NCBI GenBank assembly: GCA_032718475.1
Contig: JAUCBJ010007358.1
Coordinates: 1-64,000 of the forward strand
Length of the DNA stretch: 64,000 nucleotides
Direction: 5' to 3'
Source of the DNA: Nemertoderma westbladi
Lineage: Eukaryota; Animalia; Xenacoelomorpha
Positions 23,521 to 35,897 of the stretch are shown piece after piece. The stretch's first letter is position 1. Each line of letters begins with the position of its first letter. A program made the translations under genes and the position numbers. The notes under the pieces were generated by a model. That model searched no databases, had not been told where the DNA came from, and saw nothing but the letters and a program-made list of their open reading frames with translations.

Positions 23521-26500
23521 CAATGGAAGCAGTGGAAGCAATGGAAGCAGTGGAAGCAATGGAAGCAGTGGAAGCAGTACAAGCAGTGGAAGCAATGGAA
23601 GCAGTGGAAGCAATGGAAGCAGTGGAAGCAATGGAAGCAGTGGAAGCAATGGAGGAAGTGGAAGCAATGTAAGCAGCGGAAGCAGTGGAAGCAATGGAAG
23701 CAGTGGAAGCAATGGAAGCAGTGGAAGCAATGGAAGCAGTGGAAGCAATGGAAGCAGTGGAAGCAATGGAAGCAGTACAAGCAGTGGAAGCAATGGAAGC
23801 AGTGGAAGCAATGGAAGCAGTGGAAGCAATGGAAGCAGTACAAGCAGTGGAAGCAATGGAAGCAGTGGAAGCAATGGAAGCAGTGGAAGCAATGGAAGCA
23901 GTGGAAGCAATGGAAGCAGTGGAAGCAATGGAGGAAGTGGAAGCAATGTAAGCAGCGGAAGCAATGGAAGCAATGGAGGCAGTGGAAGCAATGTAAGCAG
24001 CGGAAGCAGTGGAAGCAATGGAAGCAGTGGAAGCAATAGAAGCAGTGGAAGCAATGGAGGCAGTGGAAGCAATGTAAGCAGCGGAAGCAGTGGAAGCAAT
24101 GGAGGCAGTGGAAGCAATGGAAGCAATGGAAGCATTAGAAGCAATGTAAGCAGCGGAAGCAATGTAAGCAATGGAAGCAGTGGAAGCAATGGAATAAGTG
24201 GAAGCAATGGAAGCAATGGAGGCAGTGGAAGCAATGTAAGGAGTGGAAGCAGTTGTGGAAGCAATGTAAGCAGTGGAAGCAATGGAAGCAATGTAAGCAG
24301 TGGAAGCAATGGAAGCAGTGGAATAAGTGGAAGCAATGGAAGCAATGGAGGCAGTGGAAGCAGTGGAAGCAATGGAAGCAGTGGAAGCAATGGAGGCAGT
24401 GGAAGCAATGGAGGAAGTGGAAGCAATGTAAGCAGCGGAAGCAGTGGAAGCAATGGAAGCAGTGGAAGCAATGGAAGCAATGGAGGCAGTGGAAGCAGTG
24501 GAAGCAATGGAAGCAGTGGAAGCAATGGAAGCAGTACAAGCAGTGGAAGCAATGGAAGCAGTGGAAGCAATGGAAGCAGTGGAAGCAATGGAAGCAGTGG
24601 AAGCAATGGAAGCAGTGGAAGCAATGGAAGCAGTACAAGCAGTGGAAGCAATGGAAGCAGTGGAACCAATGGAAGCAGTGGAAGCAATGGAAGCAGTACA
24701 AGCAGTGGAAGCAATGGAAGCAATGGAAGCAATGGAAGCAGTGGAAGCAATGGAAGCAGTGGAAGCAATGGAGGAAGTGGAAGCAATGGAGGCAGTGGAA
24801 GCAGTGGAAGCAATGGAAGCAGTGGAAGCAATGGAGGCAGTGGAAGCAATGTAAGCAGTGGAAGCAATGGAAGCAGTGGAAGCAATGGAGGAAGTGGAAG
24901 CAATGGAGGCAGTGGAAGCAATGTAAGCAGCGGAAGCAGTGGAAGCAATGTAAGCAGCGGAAGCAATGGAAGCAGTGGAAGCAATGGAAGCAGTGGAAGC
25001 AATGGACGCAATGTAAGCAATGGAAGCAGTGGAAGCAATGGAGGAAGTGGAAGCAATGTAAGCAGCGGAAGCAATGGAGGCAGTGGAAGCAATAGAAGCA
25101 GTGGAAGCAATGGAAGCAGTGGAAGCAGTGGAAGCAATGGAAGCAGTGGAAGCAATGGAGGAAGTGGAAGCAATGTAAGCAGCGGAAGCAGTGGAAGCAA
25201 TGGAAGCAGTGGAAGCAATGGAAGCAATGGAGGCAGTGGAAGCAATGGAAGCAGTGGAAGCAGTATAAGCAATGGAAGCAGTGGAAGCAATGGAAGCAGT
25301 GGAAGCAATGGAGGAAGTGGAAGCAATGTAAGCAGCGGAAGCAATGGAAGCAGTGGAAGCACTGGAAGCAATGGAAGCAGTGGAAGCAATGGAAGCAGTA
25401 TAAGCACTGGAAGCAATGTAAGCAGCGGAAGCAATGGAAGCAGTGGAAGCAATGGAAGCAATGTAAGCAATGGAAGCAGTGGAAGCAATGGAAGCAGTGG
25501 AAGCAATGGAGGCAGTGGAAGCAATGGAAGCAGTGGAAGCAGTGGAAGCAATGGAGGAAGTGGAAGCAATGTAAGCAGCGGAAGCAGTGGAAGCAATGTA
25601 AGCAATGGAAGCAGTGGAAGCAATGGAAGCAATGGAAGCAGTGGAAGCAGTATAAGCAGTATAAGCAATGGAAGCAATGTAAGCAATGGAAGCAGTGGAA
25701 GCAATGGAAGCAGTGGAAGCAATGGAAGCAGTGGAAGCAGTATAAGCAGTGGAAGCAATGGAGGAAGTGGAAGCAATGTAAGCAGCGGAAGCAGTGGAAG
25801 CAATGGAAGCAGTGGAAGCAATGGAAGCAATGAAGGCAGTGGAAGCAATGGAAGCAGTGGAAGCAGTATAAGCAGTATAAGCAATGGAAGCAATGTAAGC
25901 AATGGAAGCAGTGGAAGCAATGGAGGAAGTGGAAGCAATGTAAGCAGCGGAAGCAATGGAAGCAATGGAAACAGTGGAAGCAATGGAGGAAGTGGAAGCA
26001 ATGTAAGCAGCGGAAGCAGTGGAAGCAATGTAAGCAATGGAGGCAGTGGAAGCAATGGAGGCAGTGGAAGCAATGGAGGCAGTGGAAGCAGTGGAAGCAA
26101 TGGAAGCAGTGGAAGCAGTGGAAGCAATGGAAGCAGTGGAAGCAATGGAGGCAGTGGAAGCAATGTAAGTAGTGGAAGCAGTGGAAGCAATGGAGGCAGT
26201 GGAAGCAATGTAAGCAATGGAGGCAGTGGAAGCAATGGAAGCAGTGGAAGCAATGGAAGCAATGAAGCAGTGGAAGCAATGGAAGCAATGAAGCAGTGGA
26301 AGCAATGGAAGCAGTGGAAGCAATGGAAGCAATGGAGGCAGTGGAAGCAGTGGAAGCAATGGAAGCAGTACAAGCAGTGGAAGCAATGGGAGCAGTGGAA
26401 GCAATGGAAGCAGTGGAAGCAATAGAAGCAGTGGAAGCAATGGAGGAAGTGGAAGCAATGTAAGTAGTGGAAGCAATGTAAGCAATGGAGGCAGTGAAAG

Positions 26501-27118
26501 CAATGGAAGCAGTGGAAGCAATGGAAGCAGTACAAGCAGTGGAAGCAGTGGAAGCAATGGAAGCAATGGAAGCAGTACAAGCAGTGGAAGCAATGGGAGC
26601 AGTGGAAGCAATGGAAGCAGTGGAAGCAATAGAAGCAGTGGAAGCAATGGAGGAAGTGGAAGCAATGTAAGTAGTGGAAGCAGTGGAAGCAATGGAAGCA
26701 GTGGAAGCAGTATAAGCAGTATAAGCAATGGAAGCAATGTAAGCAATGGAAGCAGTGGAAGCAATGGAGGAAGTGGAAGCAATGTAAGCAGCGGAAGCAG
26801 TGGAAGCAATGGAAGCAGTGGAAGCAATGGAAGCAGTGGAAGCAATGGAGGAAGTGGAAGCAATGTAAGTAGTGGAAGCAGTGGAAGCAATGGAAGCAAT
26901 GGAGGAAGTGGAAGCAATGTAAGTAGTGGAAGCAGTGGAAGCAATGGAGGAAGTGGAAGCAATGGAAGCAGTGGAAGCAATGGAGGAAGTGGAAGCAATG
27001 TAAGTAGTGGAAGCAGTGGAAGCAATGGAAGCAATGGAGGAAGTGGAAGCAATGTAAGTAGTGGAAGCAATGGAAGCAATGTAAGCAGCGGAAGCAATGG
27101 AAGCAGCGGAAGCAATGG
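23521..27118. repeat. 9-bp-period minisatellite (~400 units) with higher-order variant patterns
   Basis: Alternating gcaatggaa / gcagtggaa, with variants such as gcaatgtaa, gcagcggaa and gcagtacaa. Confidence 0.97.
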
Positions 27119-27129
27119 TGCAGTGAGAC

Positions 27130-27561
27130 AGGGGGGGGGGGGGGGGGGGGGGCTGGACGCAAATTCAATCTTGGCAAATTAATATCCCGCCTCAGATGTT
27201 AAATTCTCAATTTAGGGAAAGGAGCAGGTTACAGTGGCACGTTATTTTAACCAAAACAATAAACTCAACACAATAGAACAGGTTACAGTTTTACTTTTGA
27301 GAGTAATCATCTTTTATTTGGGTCGAATTTCCCCTGGAGAGGGATGAATCTTTATTGCATCGAAAGTCCCCCCTATCTGGATTTTTGACCAAACTTCGGA
27401 ATCTTTCTAAACCTTTGACAGACCACATGTTAACCATGTTGGGTTTAATTTCTTGAATGATTAACCGCGTTATTAGCCATCAAAAATTAGACGACGACGA
27501 CAGATAACTCGTTAATGGTACCCCTATGCTAAGGCTTCGCTCACTTCGTGGCTTGCCCCAC
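27130..27561 (+). repeat. Dispersed repeat family (related copies ~13380-13645 inverted, ~61550-61830, ~63165-63230 inverted; 3' part also ~13050-13146)
   Basis: Shared aatttagggaaaggagcaggttacagtg..aaccaaaacaataaact block, and shared gctaaggct.cgc..acttcgtggct.gccccaca end. Class not determined. Confidence 0.7.
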
Positions 27562-27959
27562 AGCGGTAAGACAATAAACAACTTTATTGTATTCAGTCGT
27601 TGTATCCACTAAGACGACTGTGTACTCTATGGTAGGTAAGTCGTGGTGTAATTAACCTTATTATTAGATTTGTTTGGAATTAAAAATAAGAGCTCAATAA
27701 ACCACATTAAATTTGGCCCGTAAAACAAAACATAATTAAAGACAGTCGGAAACAAGTTTGGTTTGGCTACCTATTACAATTATAGTAACTCGGGATATAA
27801 TATAGTGTGGCGGGGGGGGGGTACTGGGTACAGTCCAAAATCTACAGTATAATAAGACATTACATACAATATAATACATAATAAATCATATTTACAATAT
27901 CGATATTACAATATAAACTAACAATTTATTTTACTAGTAATAATGTTTTACATTTCGAC

Positions 27960-28988
27960 ATGATATTTTTAGACCACATTGACGGTCGCAGACTGTGTGT
28001 CATAGGGGAGGTCCCGGAGAGGTGTCCTGTCTGCGACGACGCCCTTACGAGTTACTGCAGTCTATCGATGCCACCCTACAGTATCCCGAGCCCCTTCATT
28101 AACGCCCACCGAGCACCACCCTGCGCTCTGGTAATCCGCCCCACCGCCAACGACCAGACTTTCCTCCGCGGGTACACCCCGGGCGACCTGCTACACATCG
28201 GGGTCACTGACTCCAACCGAATGGTCTACAGTTTCAACCACAACGGAGTCGAGGTCGACACACTCAGTACCGAAGGACCACAGCCGTGGGCCTCGTGTGT
28301 GGTCGCCGATATACCAGCAGTTGGGTCTAACACCAACCTAGATAGAACACTCAGATACTCTCTGCACGACCCCCATTGGTTCAGTCACACATACAAACCA
28401 ACCAATCACAACTGCTTAGATTACATCGCGACAATGCTATTGGACACCGGGATACTTAAAGTTAACCACACAGCAGACAATCAATCCGATATGCTAAACT
28501 ATTTGTTAACTGAGGTAATTAAACCAAAGTTGACCCATTGCTACAAATATATACACCTTCACAGAGAGATCGAGGACTTTGGTTACTGTATAGTTGATGT
28601 GAGAAGTCACAACAGTAAACCAACTGGGACGGCGTGTCAAGAACACAGTAGAACTTCCTCAATGAGTTATCGATTGAAATCCAAGAGCGTTGGTTCGGTA
28701 AGTCTTGCCAATAGTTCTGGAGTTGATTTAAATGATTATGGAGGTAATTCTAACAGCAAAAGAAACACATCGCATGATAAACAGGTAAATGTTACTGGAG
28801 AGGCAGAGACTACGGATAGTTCGGGAGACTTACAAGAAATGGGAATGAGGCCGAACAATTTGAATTGCTTTGAAGTTGGGTCGAGGAATAGCTCCATAGT
28901 ATACGCCGATGTACATAGAAGTCTTAATGAAACTAATAGTGAAGACTTTAAGTTGTTTAATAAAACAGAAGATTCGACTTGGTTATAG
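27960..28988 (+). CDS. MKRN2OS: MKRN2 opposite-strand protein-like (DUF4796); intronless, nested antisense in RNF19 intron 6
   Basis: 342-aa ORF with CPVC..IPSPFINAH..CALVIRPT..TFLRGY..DLLHIGVTDSNRMVYSF..W..W...Y....HNCLDY, matching the motif order I recall for MKRN2OS. Low-complexity C-terminal extension. Confidence 0.85.
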   Translation: MIFLDHIDGRRLCVIGEVPERCPVCDDALTSYCSLSMPPYSIPSPFINAHRAPPCALVIRPTANDQTFLRGYTPGDLLHIGVTDSNRMVYSFNHNGVEVDTLSTEGPQPWASCVVADIPAVGSNTNLDRTLRYSLHDPHWFSHTYKPTNHNCLDYIATMLLDTGILKVNHTADNQSDMLNYLLTEVIKPKLTHCYKYIHLHREIEDFGYCIVDVRSHNSKPTGTACQEHSRTSSMSYRLKSKSVGSVSLANSSGVDLNDYGGNSNSKRNTSHDKQVNVTGEAETTDSSGDLQEMGMRPNNLNCFEVGSRNSSIVYADVHRSLNETNSEDFKLFNKTEDSTWL

Positions 28989-29144
28989 AAGTTGATTCTA
29001 TAAACATCGATCTACATTATTTACTAGCTGCGGAAAACCCCGCTGGGGAGCCTTAATATAAATTAGTGGGGGATGGGGGGGGGGGGGGGGGGGTCACCAT
29101 ACTGTGGGGCGAGTCACCATGCAGTACAATAAGGTACTACTCAC

Positions 29145-29307
29145 CCTTCTCCCAACGTATATTGGAACTCCTATAATCATTGCCGGTACCGCGACACCGG
29201 CTATTAAACCAATACCGACCGGCGCTCCAATTAAAGTTCCCAATTGCCATAAAATCTTCTTCTTTCGACTCCAAGGCTTCTTCCCCCAAAAAGTACAGCC
29301 GGAAGGA
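29145..29307 (-). CDS. RNF19A: RNF19-like exon 6 (first hydrophobic segment)
   Basis: tttcag|T...AGG|gtgagt. Encodes [55 protein letters not shown]. Confidence 0.97.
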
Positions 29308-29637
29308 CTGAAAATAAAAACGTAAAGAAAATATATGCGATACGAAATATATTTAATAAATAGCCGGCATAGCATTCTTAATGCACAATTCATTCGGGCT
29401 CGCGCATGCCATTAGGTGGAGGCAAATATATTTTTGTTACGCCAGCAGTCTGTAGTATCTTAATGTGCAGCTTCAATGCAGCAGGCCAATTATAGTTGTA
29501 GTAAATATAACGGGCTGAATAGTGAATGTATACAGATTGAAAATGAGCCTAAACCAGAAGATTCTGGTAAAATTGGGTTTGTAACAAGAAGAACAACCCA
29601 ATCCCGGATCGAATAAAACTTAAATAAATGTTCTCAC

Positions 29638-29779
29638 CTTAAATAATGCAGATCTGAGATTTCTTTCATACAGAGCCAACAGAATTCTAAAGAGCAGATC
29701 GCGCATGTCATATGGTTGCATGATCCATCGTCCATCTTTACAATAAAAGCATTGCAGCGGGGACATGACTTAATCTCAC
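29638..29779 (-). CDS. RNF19A: RNF19-like exon 5 (RING2/Rcat with catalytic Cys)
   Basis: ttacag|GT...TTAAG|gtgaga. Encodes [46 protein letters not shown]. Confidence 0.97.
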
Positions 29780-30002
29780 CTGTAATATAAAGTATAATCA
29801 ATATCACCTATGATATAAAGTTTCATGTCACAATTTCAGATAGTGGCACTCATTAACCGTAAATGAATAAAGTTTTCTCCAACGCTAATTTTTTGCATCG
29901 ATTATTTATTGTTTTCGTTAGAAATCACCGACAATTTCATACGTTAAATATATCATGTTTAAGGATCAGTACTACCACCTGGGTTGAAGTTCTCGGTCCA
30001 AG

Positions 30003-31563
30003 AGTTTGGCACAATGGACCCAAATATGTAGGCTATAGTTTGGCACAATGGACCCGGATATGTAGGCTATAGTTTGGTACAATGGACCCGGATATGTAGG
30101 CTATAGTGTGGCACAATGGACCCGGATATGTAGGCTATAGTTTGGCACAATGGACCCGGATATGTAGGCTATAGTTTGGCACAATGGACCCGGATATGTA
30201 GGCTATAGGTTAGCACAATGGACCCGGATATGTAGGCTATAGTTTGGCACAATGGACCCGGATATGTAGGCTATAGTTTGGCACAATGGACCCGGATATG
30301 TAGGCTATAGTTTGGCACAATGGACCCGGATATGTAGGCTATAGTTTGGCACAATGGACCCGGATATGTAGGCTATAGTTTGGCACAATGGACCCGGATA
30401 TGTAGGCTATAGCTTGGCTGAATGGACCCGGATATGCAGGCTATAGTTTGGCACAATGGACCCGGATATGTAGGCTATAGTTTGGCACAATGGACCCGGA
30501 TATGTAGGCTATAGTTTGGCACAATGGACCCGGATATGTAGGCTATAGTTTGGCACAATGGACCCGAATATGTAGGCTATAGTTTAGCTGAATGGACCCG
30601 GATATGTAGGCTATAGTTTGGCACAATGGACCCGGATATGTAGGCTATAGTTTGGCACAATGGACCCGGATATGTAGGCTATAGTTTGGCACAATGGACC
30701 CGGATATGTAGGCTATAGTTTGGCACAATGGACCCGGATATGTAGGCTATAGCTTGGCTGAATGGACCCGGATATGCAGGCTATAGTTTGGCACAATGGA
30801 CCCGGATATGTAGGCTATAGTTTGGCACAATGGACCCGGATATGTAGGCTATAGTTTGGCACAATGGACCCGGATATGTAGGCTATAGTTTGGCACAATG
30901 GACCCGAATATGTAGGCTATAGTTTAGCTGAATGGACCCGGATATGTAGGCTATAGTTTGGCACAATGGACCCGGATATGTAGGCTACAGTTTGGCACAA
31001 TGGACCCGGATATGTAGGGGTAGGCTATAGTTTGGCACAATGGACCCTGATATGTAGGGGTAGGCTATAGTTTGGCACAATGGACCCTGATATGTAGGCT
31101 ATAATTGGCACAATGGACCCGGATATGTAGGGGTAGGCTATAGTTTGGCACAATGGACCCTGATGTGTAGGCTATGGTTTGGCACAATGGACCCGGATAT
31201 GTAGGCTATAGTTTGGCACAATGGACCCGGATATGTAGGCTATAGTTTGGCACAATGGACCCGGATATGTAGGCTATAGTTTGGCTGAATGGACCCGGAT
31301 ATGTAGGCTATAGTTTGGCACAATGGACCCGGATATGTAGGCTATCGTTTGGCACAATGGACCCGGATATGTAGGCTATAGTTTGGCACACTGGAACCGG
31401 ATATGTAGGCTATAGTTTGGCTGAATGGACCCGGATATGTAGGCTATAGTTTGGCACAATGGACCCGGATATTTAGGTTACAGTTTGGCACAATGGACCC
31501 GGATATGTAGGGGTAGGCTATAGTTTGGCACAATGGACCCGGATATGTAGGCTATAGTTTGGC
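30003..31563. repeat. 34-bp minisatellite, ~46 copies
   Basis: Unit agtttggcacaatggacccggatatgtaggctat. Confidence 0.97.
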
Positions 31564-33452
31564 CGACCCAGCCAGACTCCGACCCATCCAGACTCCGACC
31601 CAGCCAGACTCCGCCCCAACCAGACCCCTCCCAACCAGACTCCGACCCAGCCAGACTCCGACCCAACCAGACCCCGACCCAGCCAGACTCCGACCCAGCC
31701 AGACTCCGAGCCAACCAGACTCCGCCCCAACCAGACCCCGACCCAACCAGACCCCGATCCAACCAGACCCCGACCCAACCAGACCCCGACCCAACCAGAC
31801 TCCACCCCAACCAGACCCCGACCCAACCAAACTCCGACCAAACCAGACCCCGACCCAGCCAGACCCCGACCCAACCAGACCCCGACCCAACCAGACCACA
31901 ACCCAAACAGACCCCGACCCAACCAGACCCCGACCCAACCAGACCCCACCCAACCAGACCCCGACACAACCAGACTCCGCCTCAACCAGACCCCGACCCA
32001 GCCAGACTACGACCCAACCAGACCTCGACCCGCCCCAACCAGACCCCGACCCGCCCCAACCAGACCCCGACCCGCCCCAACCAGACTCCGACCCAACCAG
32101 ACTCAGACCCAATCAGACCCCGACCGAACCAGACCCAACCAGACCCCGACCCAGCCAGACTCCGACCCAACCAGACTCCGACCCAGCCAGACTCCGACCC
32201 AACCAGACCCCGACCCAACCAGACCCGCCCTAACCAGACTCCGACACAACCAGACCCCGACCCAGCCAGACTCCGACCCAACCAGACTCCGACCCAACCA
32301 GACCCCGACCCAACCAAACTCCGACCCAACCAGACCCCGATCCAACCAGACCCCGACCCAACCAGACCCCGACCCAACCAGACTCCGCCCCAACCAGACC
32401 CCGACCCAACCAAACTCCGACCAAACCAGACCCCGACCCAACCAGACCCCGACCCAACCAGACCACAACCCAAACAGACCCCGACCCAACCAGACCCCGA
32501 CCCAACCAGACCCCACCCAACCAGACCCCGACACAACCAGACTCCGCCTCAACCAGACCCCGACCCAACCAGACCCCGACCCAACTAGACTCCGACCCAA
32601 CAAGACCCCGACCCAACCAGACCCCGAATACCAACCAGAGCCCGACCCAACCAGACCCCGACCCAACCAGACCCCGACCCAACCAGACCCCGACCGAACC
32701 AGACCCCGACCCAACCAGACCCCGACCCAACCAGACCCCGACCCAAACAGACCCCGACAACCAACCAGACCCCGACCCAACCAGACCCCGACCCAACCAG
32801 ACTCCACCCCAACCAGACCCCGACCCAACCAAACTCCGACCAAACCAGACCCCGACCCAGCCAGACCCCGACCCAACCAGACCCCGACCCAACCAGACCA
32901 CAACCCAAACAGACCCCGACCCAACCAGACCCCGACCCAACCAGACCCCGACCCAACCAGACCCCGACCGAACCAGACCCCGACCCAACCAGACCCCGAC
33001 CCAACTAGACTCCGACACAACAAAACCACGACCCAACCAGACACCGACCCAACCAGACTCCGACCCAACCAGACCCCGACCCAACCAGACGCCGACTCAA
33101 CCAGACCCCGACCCAACCAGACTCCAACCCAGCTTGACCCCGACCCAACCGTCAGAATTCGACCCAACCAGACTCCGACCCAACCAGACCCCGACCCAGC
33201 CAGACTCCGACCTAACCAGACTCCAACCCAGCTTGACTCCGACCCAACCAGACTCCGACCCAACCAGACTCCGACCCAGCTTGACTCCGACCCAACCAGA
33301 CCCCGACCCAACCAGACTCCAACCCAGCTTGACCCCGACCCAACCAGACCCCGACCCAACCAGACCCCGTTCCAACCAGACCCCGACCCAACCAGACCCC
33401 GCCCCAACCAGACTCGCCCCAACCAGACCCCGACCCAGCCAGACTCCGACCC
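31564..33452. repeat. 17-bp C-rich minisatellite (~110 copies), related to the 47-bp array and the exon 4 end
   Basis: Unit accagaccccgacccaa / gccagactccgacccaa. Confidence 0.96.
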
Positions 33453-34370
33453 TACTACTACTAGGATCGGCATGCTGCATTGCAGCTGCATTTTTAAGAA
33501 TGCTGTGCCGGCTTGTCAACAAAATTGCACCGCCACAACTCCCTATCACCCATGACACTTGCTAGATCATCCGCATCTTCAAGGCCAGTGTCCTTTAAGA
33601 TGCGTCTCAAGAAAGTCATGGGCTGTCCACCATGCTTATTCACTCCATGAGGCTGCCAAAGTACAGAATTATGCACTGGCTGGTCCTCACGGCGAAAGCA
33701 ATGTCCTGCAAAGCGGAGGCGATTTTGTTCTAGTGTCAAGCTTGGGGGAACCAATGAGACACCTCCAATGTTATATAGTGTCTGGTTGGAGATGTGTGCA
33801 TTGTACTTGACACAATGAACCCGGCGTAGCATTCTTGTGAATGTGCCATCCAGAGATTTGGTGTCCTCAGCAGTTAGAGTCCAGCATGGACTCCCGTAGA
33901 GGAGTACTGGAACTACTGCTGCTCTAAATAATCGGACCTTAAGTTTCCGATTAATTCTCGGTGACTTCCAAATCCTGGAAAGCCTATTCAAGGCTGCCCA
34001 TGCCTTTCCCTTACGTATTCGAAGGTCCTCACCTGACTTCCGGATCCATGATCCCAGGTAACAGAAGTCGTCCACATGCTCAAGCATACCATCCTTTGAG
34101 CTTATGCTCATCCGATCAGAGACTTGCTGAGGACTTTCAAAGTTAACTGTCAAAATTTTGGTCTTTCTGGAGTTAATAAAAAGACCAACACTAGAATCAG
34201 CATGTTCTAATGAGCTGAGGAGCCGTTGGGCTCCCTCTAGTGATTCTGAGAGTACTCCTAAGTCATCAGCAAAGTCTAGATCAGTTAGGTACTTGGCAGG
34301 ATTTCCTCGACTTTTGGAGCCAGTAGGTGGAGTTATCATCACCCCATCATCATTATGATGATCTAAGGAT
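33452..34370 (-). mobile_element. RTE family 1 LINE, 5'-truncated
   Basis: ORF 33494-34342: LTDLDFADDL..FCYLGSWI..RLRFAGHCFRR. (TAG)n tail at 33452-33463. Confidence 0.92.
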
Positions 34371-35897
34371 GTACTGGTCAGTACCTTATTTCATATAATT
34401 GACAGCGCAACATATTAATTTTACACATACAGAATAGAATATATTGCATTCCGTTCTGCAGTTGCTTACCATTGTTATACTTATCAGAGGGAGAAATGTT
34501 TATTGGCCAGTTGATTCAAAACGCTAATAGGATATGAGGTTGTTATATTGCTAGGCTGTAGGCTACAGTGAACATGTGTTTGCTTAGTTAAGAGTCGTAG
34601 CGTATTCTGATTGGTTAGTTAGTTTATATTCCCCTATTGTAATAATTGTAGATGCCATATAGTTGATTATACGCGGTATATAAATCCGAGAAATATTGCA
34701 ATATGCAGTGTGTGTAGCATTCTTCCAATATTTTACAGTACCTGCAGTTTTGTCTGTGATGTGAGCAATATTTAGATTATATTTTACTCGGTGTGCCTGG
34801 ACTACTTATGTGATATAATGTGTTGTAGTGTACAAGTACTCGATATTTCGTGAATATTTTATTGTGCATTGCGTTTGATAACTGCAACTACAAACAGGAT
34901 TAAAGCCGTTGGGACCAGTTTCAATAATCGTAGCGTTACCCTATTAGAGCTGTAAGTATATCCTTATATTAATTCTATATTAGACGTTATTCAATATATT
35001 ACTATTCATGTTATATTTATGTACATTCAACCACGTTTTCAGCCGCCATTAGTTATCCAGCCCGTGTCCCTAGTATCACTTTATCTAAATGTCCCCACAT
35101 CAAAGATAGACCGCTATATTTCCCTTTCTGATCCCGTTGTTGTCTTAAGTCACTGCCACACTCAACCCGACTCAACTCTACCCTATACCCAAAACAAACA
35201 TTTATTGCCAGACCAGTCCGAGTCTTTGTGCTTCACCCTAAGCTACCATTTTATATCTTACTTACTTACTTACTGGTAGCTACAATAGTGGGTCGCCACT
35301 ATTGGCTACAGTAGTTTCCAGGCCGTAGTATAATTAAAGAAGCACATTGTAACATATTTATTTAAATCCTTCCCGTTTCGTTTTCGCGCGGCGAAGCTGG
35401 AATGACCTTATAAATTTGTTACGGGTGGTCTGGCAACCGCTACTTATAATTAGGCCCTCGCTTTGGTTGCGCAGCCGAGCGAGGACCATTTCTCTTTGTA
35501 TTTGTAGACAACGTATCGCGATACAACCCTAGCAGCACACACCCACGCCACATTATATATATTTGTTTCTAGCCAATTTGGTTATGTAGGTATCGTAATT
35601 GTATATAGTTTGTATTGAAACACGACCATAATCATTTGTAACAATAAGTGTATATAATTTTAGAAATTACACAATATTTTAGAATTTTGATATCAAATAA
35701 GTAACTAATAATTACTGTTATACTGTATATTCGGTCCTTTTCATTAATTTCATGTCATTATTAACCAACTAACAAGATTGAGTTAAATATCGTCATCATT
35801 GTCAACTGTACTCTGCTTGTTAATTAAGTCACTACGACGTATACATAATAATAAATTTTGTTGCAGTAAAGGAAAAATAATATTTAATTAAAATAAA

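Noticed and set aside
23485-27177. 1200-aa Leu/Pro, Cys/His or Ala/Ser/Thr ORFs resembling antifreeze or metal-binding proteins
   Set aside because: Translations of a 9-bp minisatellite, with frame switches, no unique domain and no credible start.
31478-33565. Gly/Trp/Val-rich and Pro/Asp-rich ORFs
   Set aside because: Translations of the 17-bp satellite.
34400-35400. Exact 5' LTR and primer-binding site of the Bel/Pao element
   Set aside because: There is no second LTR to compare and no unambiguous PBS, so the boundary is left approximate.
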